A stretch of 64,000 bases of DNA from Atopobium sp. (GCA_018380095.1 JAGZUI010000001.1:172111-236110), one strand, 5' to 3'; shown: positions 49,595 to 59,893, numbered from the stretch's first letter. The notes: generated by a model from the sequence alone, not told the origin. A program made the numbers and translations.

Positions 49595-50584
49595 CTATCT
49601 TTTGGCGAGGGACTGTGTGGTTGCTATCTCTACGGTATTTGATTGTGAATTTGTATCTACTGTTGCGCTGTTGTCTGTGGAAGCGCTCGAAGCACCGGTC
49701 TTGGTAGAATCAGCTGCTACCCCGTCGCGTTTCTCGGCAATTTTGCGAGCGTACGCGTGAATGACGCGAGCGGTCGTATGAGTTCCTGCGTATCCCATGC
49801 CCGCCTTGAGTGCCCAGCCAAATCCAGGAACAGTGCCTGCGACCGTGCGTGCAACCGTACGGTATCCAAAGCCCGCGCCTACAACACCGAGAAGTTCGGC
49901 GATGGTTTCAACGCTCATATTGATGTTATAAGCAGCGGTAATATCAAGTGCCAGTCTGATCTGACGTGCAGTCATCAGCGGCATATCAGAGCCAGGGACA
50001 ATCGCCACAGCTCCAATAGCTGCATTTTCTTTAGCGCAAGCAGCAGTTATCTGTTTGACTACTTGAGTTCTACAAAGAGGATACGCTGCCGCAAAAGAGA
50101 CTGATTTTTCTGTTGCCGTTGCAATCCATGAAGAGAGTCGATCAAAGAGCACTTCTTCAGTAGTACCTGCAATGATGCTAATTAATCCTGTGTTGTAGAG
50201 CGTATCGGCAATTTTTGGAGCTTCAACTGCAGACTCAACAACCACGGCACATGGAATTGAATGACTTACCAACATGGTAAGAGCATCCTCGTACTGTGAT
50301 GTTGGTGTAGGAATAATCACCGCAATATCAGGAATAGCGGCGTTCTTTCCCGCACGACCAGTGCCACCAGAGGTAAACGAGACGCCATCGGCAAGTTTAG
50401 AAACACGTACCGTAGCATCTGTTCTCTCTGGCATAAAATACGTATGAACAGCAAGAATTGCCTCTTCAGAGGCAAGAGAATCAACATAGATATGCGTGTA
50501 GGTTGGCTCAAGAGATGAGAGCGAGCCGCGGAATTCCTGCAGTACAGAAGTTGCAAGCTTGCCTAAGCTGTTTCTTTTTGCCAT
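49595..50584 (-). CDS. hypothetical protein; possibly a degenerate GTPase-like fold with Gly-rich amphipathic C-terminus
   Basis: 329 aa ORF tightly chained between rodA and the radical SAM gene (3-nt and 13-nt gaps); no confident family. Confidence 0.5.
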   Translation of the reverse strand: MAKRNSLGKLATSVLQEFRGSLSSLEPTYTHIYVDSLASEEAILAVHTYFMPERTDATVRVSKLADGVSFTSGGTGRAGKNAAIPDIAVIIPTPTSQYEDALTMLVSHSIPCAVVVESAVEAPKIADTLYNTGLISIIAGTTEEVLFDRLSSWIATATEKSVSFAAAYPLCRTQVVKQITAACAKENAAIGAVAIVPGSDMPLMTARQIRLALDITAAYNINMSVETIAELLGVVGAGFGYRTVARTVAGTVPGFGWALKAGMGYAGTHTTARVIHAYARKIAEKRDGVAADSTKTGASSASTDNSATVDTNSQSNTVEIATTQSLAKR

Positions 50585-50587
50585 AGC

Positions 50588-51814
50588 TTATGCCGCCTTA
50601 GTTCTATGTCTGTAAACTGACTGGACAATTCCTACAGAAACAAGCTGCGCAATCATCGATGTTGATCCAAAGCTGATAAAAGGCAGAGGAATACCGGTAA
50701 TAGGCATGATACCAATACACATACCAACGTTTTGCAAAACCTGGAACGACCACATAGCTGCACAACCAACAAGCACCAGCTTAGAGAAGGTATTCTCGGT
50801 CTTCATAGCAAACAGAATAGTTGCAAAAATCATCCACGCAAAGAGTGAAAGCATAATGAATGCACCAAGGAAGCCAAACTCTTCCGAGAAGAGCGCAAAA
50901 ACAAAGTCTGTGTGCGCTTCAGGTAAGAATCGACCACTTGCCTGTGTAGCGTTACCTGGTCCTTTTCCAATAAAGCCACCTGAACCTACGGCAATTTTTG
51001 CCTGCTGCAGGTTATAGCCATCTCCTGACGGATCAACGGATGGATCCAAAAAGACGGTAAGGCGCTTCATCTGGTACTCCTTAAGGATGTGAGGAATACC
51101 AGGAATCATTGAGGTCACAACAACAAGGGCTACAACGGCAACAAGCAGCAGAACGGTCACAAGAATCCAAGAACGTTTTGCGCCGGAACAAATGATGATA
51201 GTAGCTCCGATAACCAAAATAATCAGACCAGTTCCCAGGTCAGGCAAAAGCATAATGGAGCCAAATGGAACCATCAGCGTTCCACAAAGCTTTACATAGT
51301 CTCTCAGTGTTTCTACCTTGCCGTTATACTGAGCGCACACTGAAGCCATAAGGAAGATTGTGACAATCTTTCCCAGCTCAGACGGCTGAAATCTAAAGCC
51401 AACAAACGGGATATTAACCCAACCAGTCATACCCTTGACCGAGACACCAAAACCTGGAACCTTAGGCAAAATCATCAATACAACAACACCAACAAGCAGC
51501 ACGTTTGTCATATTTGCTAGTGCTCTATAGTCATAGCGCCACATAAGCGTGGCAAAAACAAGGCCCAGGCCAATACCAAGAAGATGCCTAGGAAAACTAG
51601 CTTCGGCAATGTTCATTGATGCGGTCCAAATAACCACAATACCAATGAGGACGAGAAGAGCCGCGGGAACAAGCTGCGCTAGATAAAGATTGTTCAGAAC
51701 ATTCTTACCAGTAAGCCTCTCTTTCTTAGCAAGACCGCCTGAAGGAATACCTCCACGCCTTCTAAAGGGAGAGTTCATTCTCTGTTTTGTAACTGCAGAT
51801 GAATCAAGTGCCAT
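50588..51814 (-). CDS. rodA: SEDS family peptidoglycan polymerase RodA
   Basis: 408 aa, 10 TM, FtsW/RodA signature; follows PBP2 and mreBCD. Confidence 0.85.
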   Translation of the reverse strand: MALDSSAVTKQRMNSPFRRRGGIPSGGLAKKERLTGKNVLNNLYLAQLVPAALLVLIGIVVIWTASMNIAEASFPRHLLGIGLGLVFATLMWRYDYRALANMTNVLLVGVVVLMILPKVPGFGVSVKGMTGWVNIPFVGFRFQPSELGKIVTIFLMASVCAQYNGKVETLRDYVKLCGTLMVPFGSIMLLPDLGTGLIILVIGATIIICSGAKRSWILVTVLLLVAVVALVVVTSMIPGIPHILKEYQMKRLTVFLDPSVDPSGDGYNLQQAKIAVGSGGFIGKGPGNATQASGRFLPEAHTDFVFALFSEEFGFLGAFIMLSLFAWMIFATILFAMKTENTFSKLVLVGCAAMWSFQVLQNVGMCIGIMPITGIPLPFISFGSTSMIAQLVSVGIVQSVYRHRTKAA

Positions 51815-51829
51815 GGGTTTCTCGCCTCC

Positions 51830-53839
51830 TTACCTACCAACATTGTCTGGCTGATTATAAATTGCACCAAAGACGTCTCGAACAATATACATACCAGAAC
51901 CTGCGCCAGAAGGTGCACAGTCAAGATTGGCAGCAACAACGTACTGAGGCTTATCAGCAGGCGCGTAGCCAACAAACCAACCAACTGGCTCGCCAATAGA
52001 CTGCTGCTCAGCAGTACCCGTCTTGCCATTAACCGTGACATCAAGGTTGGTCCAGTGAATAGTCTGAGAAGCGGACTCCTCATAGACAACGCCATAAAGA
52101 CCTCGAGCAACAATGTCTCGGTGCTCATCTTTTTCTTCTGGGCTCAGAATGACCTCGTTTTTATACTCAATAACAGAGCCATTTCCGTTTCTGGCATTAA
52201 TACTCTTCAAAACATGTGGTTTGTAAATTGGACCTCGATTTGCAATACCACAATACGCATTTGCCATCTGGAGGCAGGTTACCAAAAGATCGCCCTGTCC
52301 AATTGCAAGGTTACAGTTGTCGCCACCCTGCCACTTACGAGCATCATCAGGCGAGCTGGTAAAGTAATTCCACTTCCACTCTGCATCAGGAACACGGCCA
52401 GACGCCTCTTCTGGAAGATCAATACCAGAAAGCGCGCCAAGTCCAAAAGCACGGAATGTCTCTTGCATGCCTTCTGGATGATCGTTGTTATAGAAGAAGC
52501 CCTTACCAATCTCATAAAAAACAATATCGCAAGAGTTGGTAATACCGGTAATCAGATTAACTGTGCCGTGGCCAGAAAGAAGCCAGCAGTGCATGCCGTA
52601 TTGCTCACCAAAACCAGTCCAGAAACCCGTGCAATACCAGCTGGAATTTCCGTCACAAATGCCATATTTGAGTCCGGCAAAGGTAGTAAGTGCTTTGATG
52701 GTAGATCCAGATGGATACTGTCCAGCAATTGCACGATTCATCAGCGGATAGTTTGCCTCTTCAGAAGAAAGCGTATCCCAGTCAGAACTGGAAATGCCTC
52801 CAACAAACATTGAAGGTGAATACGTTGGATAGCTTGCCATAGCAATAACTTCACCGTTGGTGCAATCAAGCGCCACCACACTTGCACTGCGACCTTGGAA
52901 GTCTTGTGATCTAACGGTATTGATAACACTGACAAGGGATGCTTCTGCTGCTTTTTGGATGTTTGCATCAATGGTCAAAACAACATCTGAGCCGCTCTGA
53001 GGAGCAATAGACGTTGAGTGAGATAAAACATTACCAGCAGCGTCAACATATACCGTTTGTTCACCACGAACACCCTGAAGAGCGGACTCGTACTGATACT
53101 CAACACCCGTTTGTCCCACGATATCGCCGTGGGCATACACAAAGCCGCCATCCGCAGTTTTACTGCTTTCAAGCTGCTCTTGTGTAACGGTTCCGGTGTA
53201 GCCAACAACATGAGCTGCAAGAGAACCGTTTGGATAGGCGCGCTGGGTGCGCTCCTCAATTGAAACGCCATCAAGCAAAGCGCCATGAGCGTAAATATAG
53301 GCAACTACGCGCCTAGAAACGTCTACAGAAACCGTGCGAAGCGCTTGAGCGCCATCAGAGGTATCCATGATTTTTCTGCGCACCGCCAACATAGGCATAC
53401 CCAAGAGGTTAGCAAGAATCTGCAGCTTAATGTAGTCTTCTGCAACGTCTGCTCGAGCTACTACCGTTGGACTTGGCCTGTTAGTAACAATCTCCACGCC
53501 ATTTCTGTCCAGAATGCGACCGCGAGGAGCTGCGGTAGTAACGGTGCGCGTACGGTTGCGCTCTGCTTGCTCAGTATAGTCAGCTGACGATAAGAGCTGC
53601 ATGGTCCAAAGACGACCAATAAGCACGGCAAACATACCGCCAACAGCAATTGCAAATCCGACAAGTCTGGACGAGAGGGTCTTCTCGGCAGAGCCGTCAG
53701 AACCACCAGACGCCTTGGGAGCGCCGCCACCAATATCAAAGGTAAACGGCGAGTCTTTTCTACCAAAGGTGAGGTAAACAATGATCAAACCAATTGCTGC
53801 AACAGCGCAACAAGCAAGGATAACAAGGGTGAAATTCAT
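51830..53839 (-). CDS. mrdA: penicillin-binding protein 2 (class B transpeptidase)
   Basis: 669 aa; STIK (SxxK), SGN, KTGTA motifs; N-terminal TM. Confidence 0.85.
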   Translation of the reverse strand: MNFTLVILACCAVAAIGLIIVYLTFGRKDSPFTFDIGGGAPKASGGSDGSAEKTLSSRLVGFAIAVGGMFAVLIGRLWTMQLLSSADYTEQAERNRTRTVTTAAPRGRILDRNGVEIVTNRPSPTVVARADVAEDYIKLQILANLLGMPMLAVRRKIMDTSDGAQALRTVSVDVSRRVVAYIYAHGALLDGVSIEERTQRAYPNGSLAAHVVGYTGTVTQEQLESSKTADGGFVYAHGDIVGQTGVEYQYESALQGVRGEQTVYVDAAGNVLSHSTSIAPQSGSDVVLTIDANIQKAAEASLVSVINTVRSQDFQGRSASVVALDCTNGEVIAMASYPTYSPSMFVGGISSSDWDTLSSEEANYPLMNRAIAGQYPSGSTIKALTTFAGLKYGICDGNSSWYCTGFWTGFGEQYGMHCWLLSGHGTVNLITGITNSCDIVFYEIGKGFFYNNDHPEGMQETFRAFGLGALSGIDLPEEASGRVPDAEWKWNYFTSSPDDARKWQGGDNCNLAIGQGDLLVTCLQMANAYCGIANRGPIYKPHVLKSINARNGNGSVIEYKNEVILSPEEKDEHRDIVARGLYGVVYEESASQTIHWTNLDVTVNGKTGTAEQQSIGEPVGWFVGYAPADKPQYVVAANLDCAPSGAGSGMYIVRDVFGAIYNQPDNVGR

Positions 53840-53848
53840 ACTAACCCC

Positions 53849-54409
53849 TTATTTAAGGCGCTGAGGAGCTCGATGAGATCCGCGGTAGAGCGAAGTTCCG
53901 CCCAAAGATGAATGAGACCTTTGGGAATGAGAAAGTACATAGAAAACAGGCAGAGCTGCCAAAATGGTAAACAACATGGTGGGGAAAGACTTAAACAGCA
54001 GCCCCTCAAAGAAGTTGCCACCAGAGCCAATCAAAGAATTAATGAGCTGATACATAAAGGTGACACCAAAAGTTTGAAGGGCAACAAAGCCCATAGAGGT
54101 ACCAAAATTGCCAGAGATTCTGTCTCTTACCTCTTGGCCCATGAAATAAGAACTGACCACAAGCAAGAGTGCCATGAGGCCAATAGGGTTAGCAGAAGTC
54201 AAATCATAAATAAGACCAGCAATAAAGCCGCATATCACGCCAGTTTTGCCACCATACCTTAGGGCAATAGCTGCCGAGAAAATAAGTGCAAAATTGATGA
54301 CTCCCCCACCAAAAGAAACCTGTGGTGTAAGCATAATCTGCAAAATGAAGCAAACAACAGCAAGAACGGTGATGCTGCGTGTGTTTTTATTTCTATCAGA
54401 AACCTGCAT
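53849..54409 (-). CDS. mreD: rod shape-determining protein MreD
   Basis: 186 aa polytopic membrane protein in the mreC-mreD-mrdA slot. Confidence 0.75.
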   Translation of the reverse strand: MQVSDRNKNTRSITVLAVVCFILQIMLTPQVSFGGGVINFALIFSAAIALRYGGKTGVICGFIAGLIYDLTSANPIGLMALLLVVSSYFMGQEVRDRISGNFGTSMGFVALQTFGVTFMYQLINSLIGSGGNFFEGLLFKSFPTMLFTILAALPVFYVLSHSQRSHSSLGGTSLYRGSHRAPQRLK

Positions 54410-54418
54410 ACATCCCCC

Positions 54419-55510
54419 TTAATCTGTTCTTCCGCTGTTATGTTGTGTATTACCCGTTGGAGCAGCAACCGTTGCATTCTGCTGGGAATTTGTTGTGTTG
54501 TTGGCAGAGCCGCTGCCAGAAGAGTTGCTTGATGAAGAACCCGAAGATCCGTCCTTGGAGTCTTTATCCTTACTGTCAGAATTAGTTGCTGTTGGAGTGT
54601 TTTGCTTATCTGCCTCTGCAATATCATCTGCGGTCGCTTTTTGCTCCTCAGAAAGAGACGTGATAACCATTACCTCTTCATTAGTACTGACATTTCCAAA
54701 AGGCTCAATAACAATGGTGTAATAGAGCGATCCTGGCGCTGCTTCAACGCTGGTAACCTTACCCAGAGGAAGACCCTTAGGGAACACGCCACCAAGTCCA
54801 CTGGTAACTACCGTATCGCCTACAGCAACCTTCTGGTTGGTGTTAATCAGGTTAAGGGTAATCTGCCTTGAAGCGGAACCCATAAGCATGCCCTGAGCTC
54901 GGCTGCTTTGAACCATAGCAGCCACACCGCTCTTCTCGTCAGTAATCAAACGAACGGTAGAGGTGGTAGGACCGCACTCGATAATCTGGCCAATAACGCC
55001 GCCGCTATCAACAACTGGCATGCCAACAGCCAGTCCGGATGAAGTTCCCTTGTCAATCACAATGGTGTTATTGAACGAGTCAGTAGAACCAGAGATGACA
55101 CGAGCGCCCGTAGACTGCAGGTTATAGGTATTTTTGAGGTCGAGAAGACCCTGCAGGCGCTGCGTAGACTGGTTTGTCTCTTCCAGCTCTGCGTTTCTTG
55201 AACGCAGTTGCTCGTTTTCTGCCTTAAGGTCAGAGAGCGTTTGCTGGTCTGCTGTTAAGTTACTAAAAATGTTACCGATGCCCTGAAAAGGCATAGCAAT
55301 AGCAGAACCTGCCATCCTAAAAGGCATGGTAATAGTAGAGAAGCCGCCTCGAACCATCTCGAGCGGTCCTCCTGCACCCATACGAGCGCTAACCGTCAAT
55401 AACACAATTGAAAGCAGCGAAAGAATAATAAAACTACGGCCGCCCGTATGCTTATTATTGTTAGATCCAAGGCCTGATGAAGCACCCTGGATCTGATTAG
55501 ACAATGGCAT
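54419..55510 (-). CDS. mreC: rod shape-determining protein MreC with Ser/Gly/Asn-rich C-terminal tail
   Basis: 363 aa; N-terminal TM, coiled coil, beta-domain; low-complexity tail. Confidence 0.85.
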   Translation of the reverse strand: MPLSNQIQGASSGLGSNNNKHTGGRSFIILSLLSIVLLTVSARMGAGGPLEMVRGGFSTITMPFRMAGSAIAMPFQGIGNIFSNLTADQQTLSDLKAENEQLRSRNAELEETNQSTQRLQGLLDLKNTYNLQSTGARVISGSTDSFNNTIVIDKGTSSGLAVGMPVVDSGGVIGQIIECGPTTSTVRLITDEKSGVAAMVQSSRAQGMLMGSASRQITLNLINTNQKVAVGDTVVTSGLGGVFPKGLPLGKVTSVEAAPGSLYYTIVIEPFGNVSTNEEVMVITSLSEEQKATADDIAEADKQNTPTATNSDSKDKDSKDGSSGSSSSNSSGSGSANNTTNSQQNATVAAPTGNTQHNSGRTD

Positions 55511-55512
55511 AT

Positions 55513-56565
55513 TTATTGGCCTGCACTCTGAACAAATCCACCGGACAATGCGTTAGCCTCAAGAACCTTTGCACAACCGGTAACAACATTTTCTAGCGCG
55601 GTTGGGCTTACGTTAACGGGCACGCCAGTCTCTTCACGAAGTCTCTGGTCAAGACCACGAAGCATTCCGCCACCACCAGTAAGCAAAATACCGTAGTACA
55701 TAAGGTCAGAAGCAAGATCTGGTGGAGTTACATCAAGAGCATCTTTAACAGCCTTGGTAACCTCATCAAGAGGACGATCAAGTGCACGACGAATCTCTTC
55801 TGATTCAATACGAACTGTCTTTGGAAGACCGCTCATGACGTCACGACCGTTGACTTCAACGTCAAGCTCTTCTGCAAGAGGAGCTGCAGAGCCAACCTTA
55901 ATCTTGATGTCCTCTGCGGTACGCTCACCAATAGAGAGGTTATACGCATCACGAACATGCTCAAGAATGGTCTGGTCAAACTCGTCACCAGCAGTTCTGA
56001 TGGACTGCGAGACAACAATGCCGCCCATGGAAATAACGGCGACCTCAGTAGTACCGCCACCGATGTCTACAACCATGGAACCTGTAGGATCCTCAATTGG
56101 AAGGTCTGCACCAATAGCTGCAGCCATAGGCTCTTCAATCAAGAATGCCTGGCGAGCGCCTGCCTGAATAGTTGCTTCAAAAACAGCGCGTTTCTCGACA
56201 GATGTAACGCCAGAAGGAACGCAAACAACTACACGTGGACGTGGTGACCAAGGATATTTGCGCTCACGTGCCTTCTCGATGAAGTAACGAAGCATAACCT
56301 CAGTAACATCAAAGTCTGCAATGACGCCGTCTTTAAGAGGGCGCTCAGCAATGATGGAGCCAGGAGTACGACCGATCATGCGCTTTGCATCAGCGCCAAC
56401 GGCCAAAACGCGGCTCTCGCTTTTATCGATTGCAACAACCGATGGCTCATTGATGACAATACCCTGACCACGAACTGCAACAAGGGTGTTTGCAGTTCCC
56501 AAATCGATGGCTAGGTCTCCGCCATATTCTCCGAAGAGCGAATCGAAGATAGACATGATATCCAA
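55513..56565 (-). CDS. mreB: rod shape-determining protein MreB
   Basis: 350 aa actin-like ATPase, highly conserved. Confidence 0.95.
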   Translation of the reverse strand: MDIMSIFDSLFGEYGGDLAIDLGTANTLVAVRGQGIVINEPSVVAIDKSESRVLAVGADAKRMIGRTPGSIIAERPLKDGVIADFDVTEVMLRYFIEKARERKYPWSPRPRVVVCVPSGVTSVEKRAVFEATIQAGARQAFLIEEPMAAAIGADLPIEDPTGSMVVDIGGGTTEVAVISMGGIVVSQSIRTAGDEFDQTILEHVRDAYNLSIGERTAEDIKIKVGSAAPLAEELDVEVNGRDVMSGLPKTVRIESEEIRRALDRPLDEVTKAVKDALDVTPPDLASDLMYYGILLTGGGGMLRGLDQRLREETGVPVNVSPTALENVVTGCAKVLEANALSGGFVQSAGQ

Positions 56566-56626
56566 TCAAACGTGCTACGCGTGTGCGTAATAATCCTGCA
56601 GAAAGAACGGTTAAAACAGTTTAGTA

Positions 56627-58102
56627 CTAGTTACCAGACTTTGAAGAGCTGGAGGAACTATTGGAGGAATTTGAGGAGTTAGATCCATTAGTTCCAGAGG
56701 TAGTTCCCGAATTAGAGCCGTTAGTACCAGAAGTTGTGCCGGAGTTCTGGTTATTCTGGCTTACGTATGAAGTGGTAACGCTTGCAACCTTCCAGCCAAT
56801 ACCATCACGGACAAGCTCAATGGTGTAGTCAACGTTGCCGCCATTAGAAAGACTGACAGAAGCATTAACTGTAGAGTGAGTCATACTCTGGTCGACACCG
56901 TTGATGGTGACAGCGGAGCTTGATGGAAGACTGTTGGAAATCTGCTGAAGCGTTGTGCTAGAGACAGAGCTAGAGACATAACGACCAATATCAGTGCCCT
57001 GTGCCTTAGCGTTGAAAATATCCTGAACAACAGACTGCTGGGTTGGCCATCCATAGCCACGATAGTAAGCATAACCAGCGCCACCAACAGCCAAGATAAG
57101 CAAGATAAGAATAGTGATAAAGACCTTAAGGCCGGTATGGCGATGCTTACGCCTAATCTTCTTGTCCTTCTTATCCTGCTCAATAATCTCCTGCTCAGTA
57201 ATCTGGAAGAAGCCAGTATCTTCTGCAGAAGGGATGAGCTCGCCGGACATACCTGTAGGATCCAGTGGATCGTAGGCACCATAGCCAGCTGCCTGAAGGA
57301 AGGCATCAGTCTCAGATGGCTTGCCAGAAGCCATTGCAGTAATAGCCTTGCGAGCTGCATCAAAAGCAGACTGCTGCTGATTAGCCAGAACAAAGCTGCC
57401 GTCTGCAGTGGCGTGAGTGAATGCATCAACTGCCTCAGACATACGATTAGCTGCAACGTATGCAAGACCAAGATCTGCATAAATCTTATTGGAATTATCC
57501 AGAGGATTAGCAAAATCAAGAGCAGTACGATATGCCTCAACTGCATCAACAGGTCTGTTCAGACCCATAAAGCATGCGCCTAGGCTGCAAAGTGCTGATG
57601 AAGGATTAGGGTTCTTCTCGTCAACTGCAGCGTTTCTGTAAGCAATGCCGGCGTTGCGAATATCGCCGATCTTCTCGTATGCAGAACCAAGAGCAAGCTG
57701 TGCCTTATAAGGAGTTGCGTAAGAGGTGTCCTGGACAGCGTTAGTAAGGGCGGCAATAGCCTCCTGTACCCTACCAGCAGCCAGAAGTGCGCGACCCTGA
57801 TTAGTAGAGAGAGCGCCAACCTTGCCGTAGGAAGCATCAGCAAGGGCTGACTTGTAAGCAGAAGCTGCGGAATCAAACTGTCCAAGCTTCATATAAGCGT
57901 TTCCAAGAAGGTGGTCAATCTGACCGTTTACCTCGCCTGGCTCTTTAGCCACATCAAACTGACTGATAGCTACAAACCAGTCGCCCTGATCATATGCAGA
58001 TTTACCTAACTCAAATGCCTGTTGATTCACAATATCCTCCAAGAGTCTGTGCGACTTGGCTTTAAGCGTTTTCAATTCTAATGGAATTGACGATATCGCC
58101 AA
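56627..58102 (-). CDS. TPR-repeat membrane protein with Ser/Gly/Thr/Asn-rich C-terminal tail
   Basis: 491 aa; multiple TPR-like repeats, one TM (ITILILLILAVGGAGYAYY), low-complexity tail; 41-nt overlap with ppiB suggests the true start may be downstream. Confidence 0.6.
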   Translation of the reverse strand: MAISSIPLELKTLKAKSHRLLEDIVNQQAFELGKSAYDQGDWFVAISQFDVAKEPGEVNGQIDHLLGNAYMKLGQFDSAASAYKSALADASYGKVGALSTNQGRALLAAGRVQEAIAALTNAVQDTSYATPYKAQLALGSAYEKIGDIRNAGIAYRNAAVDEKNPNPSSALCSLGACFMGLNRPVDAVEAYRTALDFANPLDNSNKIYADLGLAYVAANRMSEAVDAFTHATADGSFVLANQQQSAFDAARKAITAMASGKPSETDAFLQAAGYGAYDPLDPTGMSGELIPSAEDTGFFQITEQEIIEQDKKDKKIRRKHRHTGLKVFITILILLILAVGGAGYAYYRGYGWPTQQSVVQDIFNAKAQGTDIGRYVSSSVSSTTLQQISNSLPSSSAVTINGVDQSMTHSTVNASVSLSNGGNVDYTIELVRDGIGWKVASVTTSYVSQNNQNSGTTSGTNGSNSGTTSGTNGSNSSNSSNSSSSSSKSGN

Positions 58103-58601
58103 CCTTTAACTGGGAAATGACATCCATTCCCTCGATAGTTGTGCCAAATACGGTGTATCCAGAATCCAAGCCATGCTGTGGACCAAGACAGAAATAGAAC
58201 TGAGAACCTGCGGAGTTTGGATCTTGAGAACGAGCCATAGCAAGGGCACCGTCAACGTGGGAGTTGTTAGGATTTGTGGTGAACTCCTCTTTGATGCGAT
58301 AACCAGGACCACCGGTACCAGGAATTCCGTCAGGACCAGGGTTGCCAAACACAACATCCTCAACACTCATCTCACGAGTGTTTGGGTCTCCGCCCTGAAG
58401 AACAAAGCCAGGGACAAGACGGTGGAACTTGGTATCGTCATAGAAGCCAGACTCTGCAAGCTCGCAGAAGTTTGCCACATGAATAGGTGCGCCCTTACCG
58501 TCAAGCTGAACCTTAATGATTCCCTTGTTGGTATCAAAGACGGCGACCTCAGTACCAGTAACCTGGCGCGCTGGTGTATACAATGGATCAAGTCCAAACA
58601 T
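58062..58601 (-). CDS. ppiB: peptidyl-prolyl cis-trans isomerase, cyclophilin type
   Basis: 179 aa, cyclophilin signature FHRLVPGFVLQGGDP. Confidence 0.9.
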   Translation of the reverse strand: MFGLDPLYTPARQVTGTEVAVFDTNKGIIKVQLDGKGAPIHVANFCELAESGFYDDTKFHRLVPGFVLQGGDPNTREMSVEDVVFGNPGPDGIPGTGGPGYRIKEEFTTNPNNSHVDGALAMARSQDPNSAGSQFYFCLGPQHGLDSGYTVFGTTIEGMDVISQLKVGDIVNSIRIENA

Positions 58602-58738
58602 AATTCCTCCAAGCTTCTTTACATCTAAGAGAAGAAAAAACGCGAGAAACCCTTAGTAATAAAGAACTTCTTTTCTAACCTAATTATTTTACCAGTATGA
58701 TGAGATTTTTGAAATTAAAGCAGCTGAACGGTAGAGAT

Positions 58739-59860
58739 TTACTGCTTTTGTGGCTTCCAATTCACGTAATTTTCATCAAAAAGTTTCTGGTATGAGCTGG
58801 AGCCGCTGGAGTCTCTGATGTTATCAACTGGCGCCAAGATATTGTCTTTGTCCTGAGAAGGATTGTTAGAAGCAACTGAGCGCTTCCATCCCTCGCTCAA
58901 AGCATCGGAGCGATTACGAAGCCAGTTACCCAGTTTGGTGAGATTTTCAATAGTCTGACGATAGTTTCCATTGGAGTCATCAAGACTAGAAAGGTCAGAG
59001 ATAACATTACTAATATCCAGCGAAATCTGCTCTGCTTCCTGTTGAGCATCAGCGCGCTCCTGATCAGAGCCAGTAATGGCAAGCTGATCAAAGGTTTTCT
59101 CGTTATCATCAAGACGCTTTGAGAGGTCTCCAAGCTTCTGATAATCACTATCAAGTGCGTCAAAAACAGCATCCGAACTTGTATTTTGCTGAGTTGCACT
59201 GGTATCTTGACCCGTAAGGTGCGTAACCGGAGTGGTGGTAGGAGTAGATGAGACTGGCGCTTCAACCTTTGCGCGATTGTCGGTTGCCTGAGGGTCCCAC
59301 GGGTGCGTGATGACAAAGATTGCAGCCACTACCAGCGAGGTAACAAGAAGTGCTGAGAGCAGAATAACGCGCGTACGAGGGATTCCTTCAGCTTCAGGGA
59401 GGTTCTCTTTTGAAGGCTCGGAAGGGATTGCAGACTCAAAGCGAGGAGCTGGCCTGCGACTTACCGAGGCAAACGCGCTGGTAGTGTCTGGGTCAGCGTT
59501 GTCGGCTGGCATTTGTTGCAGAACAGTGGAATCTGCTGCGACAGAAGAGGATGCATTAGGGTCTGCATCTGCGAGTGGATCGGTCTTCTCGCCAGATGCT
59601 GGAGCGGCGTCAATCTCTGGAAGCTTGATGTTGCGTGTGGGCCTGATAGCTCGAGCTGGACGAGCAGCAGGCACTGCCTGTGGTAAAGGAAGGCCACACT
59701 TTGGGCAGCTTTCTGCGCCGGCAGCCACCAGGGCGCCACAATGAGGGCACCAATGAGCTTGAGTAACAGGAATCCTTTGGGTCAAACTTAGATCAATCTG
59801 ACAATGAGGGCAGGTTAAAGCCCCTTCATCGACCTCAGATCCACAGTTTGGACAACGCAT
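58739..59860 (-). CDS. double zinc-ribbon membrane protein (CxxC x4 N-terminus, Pro/Ala-rich linker, 1 TM, extracytoplasmic C-domain)
   Basis: MRCPNCG...CPHC...CPHCG...CPKCG; hydrophobic segment VILLSALLVTSLVVAAIFVI. Confidence 0.55.
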   Translation of the reverse strand: MRCPNCGSEVDEGALTCPHCQIDLSLTQRIPVTQAHWCPHCGALVAAGAESCPKCGLPLPQAVPAARPARAIRPTRNIKLPEIDAAPASGEKTDPLADADPNASSSVAADSTVLQQMPADNADPDTTSAFASVSRRPAPRFESAIPSEPSKENLPEAEGIPRTRVILLSALLVTSLVVAAIFVITHPWDPQATDNRAKVEAPVSSTPTTTPVTHLTGQDTSATQQNTSSDAVFDALDSDYQKLGDLSKRLDDNEKTFDQLAITGSDQERADAQQEAEQISLDISNVISDLSSLDDSNGNYRQTIENLTKLGNWLRNRSDALSEGWKRSVASNNPSQDKDNILAPVDNIRDSSGSSSYQKLFDENYVNWKPQKQ

Positions 59861-59893
59861 ACACCCTCCACAACTCTTTGCTTGTGCTTCAGT

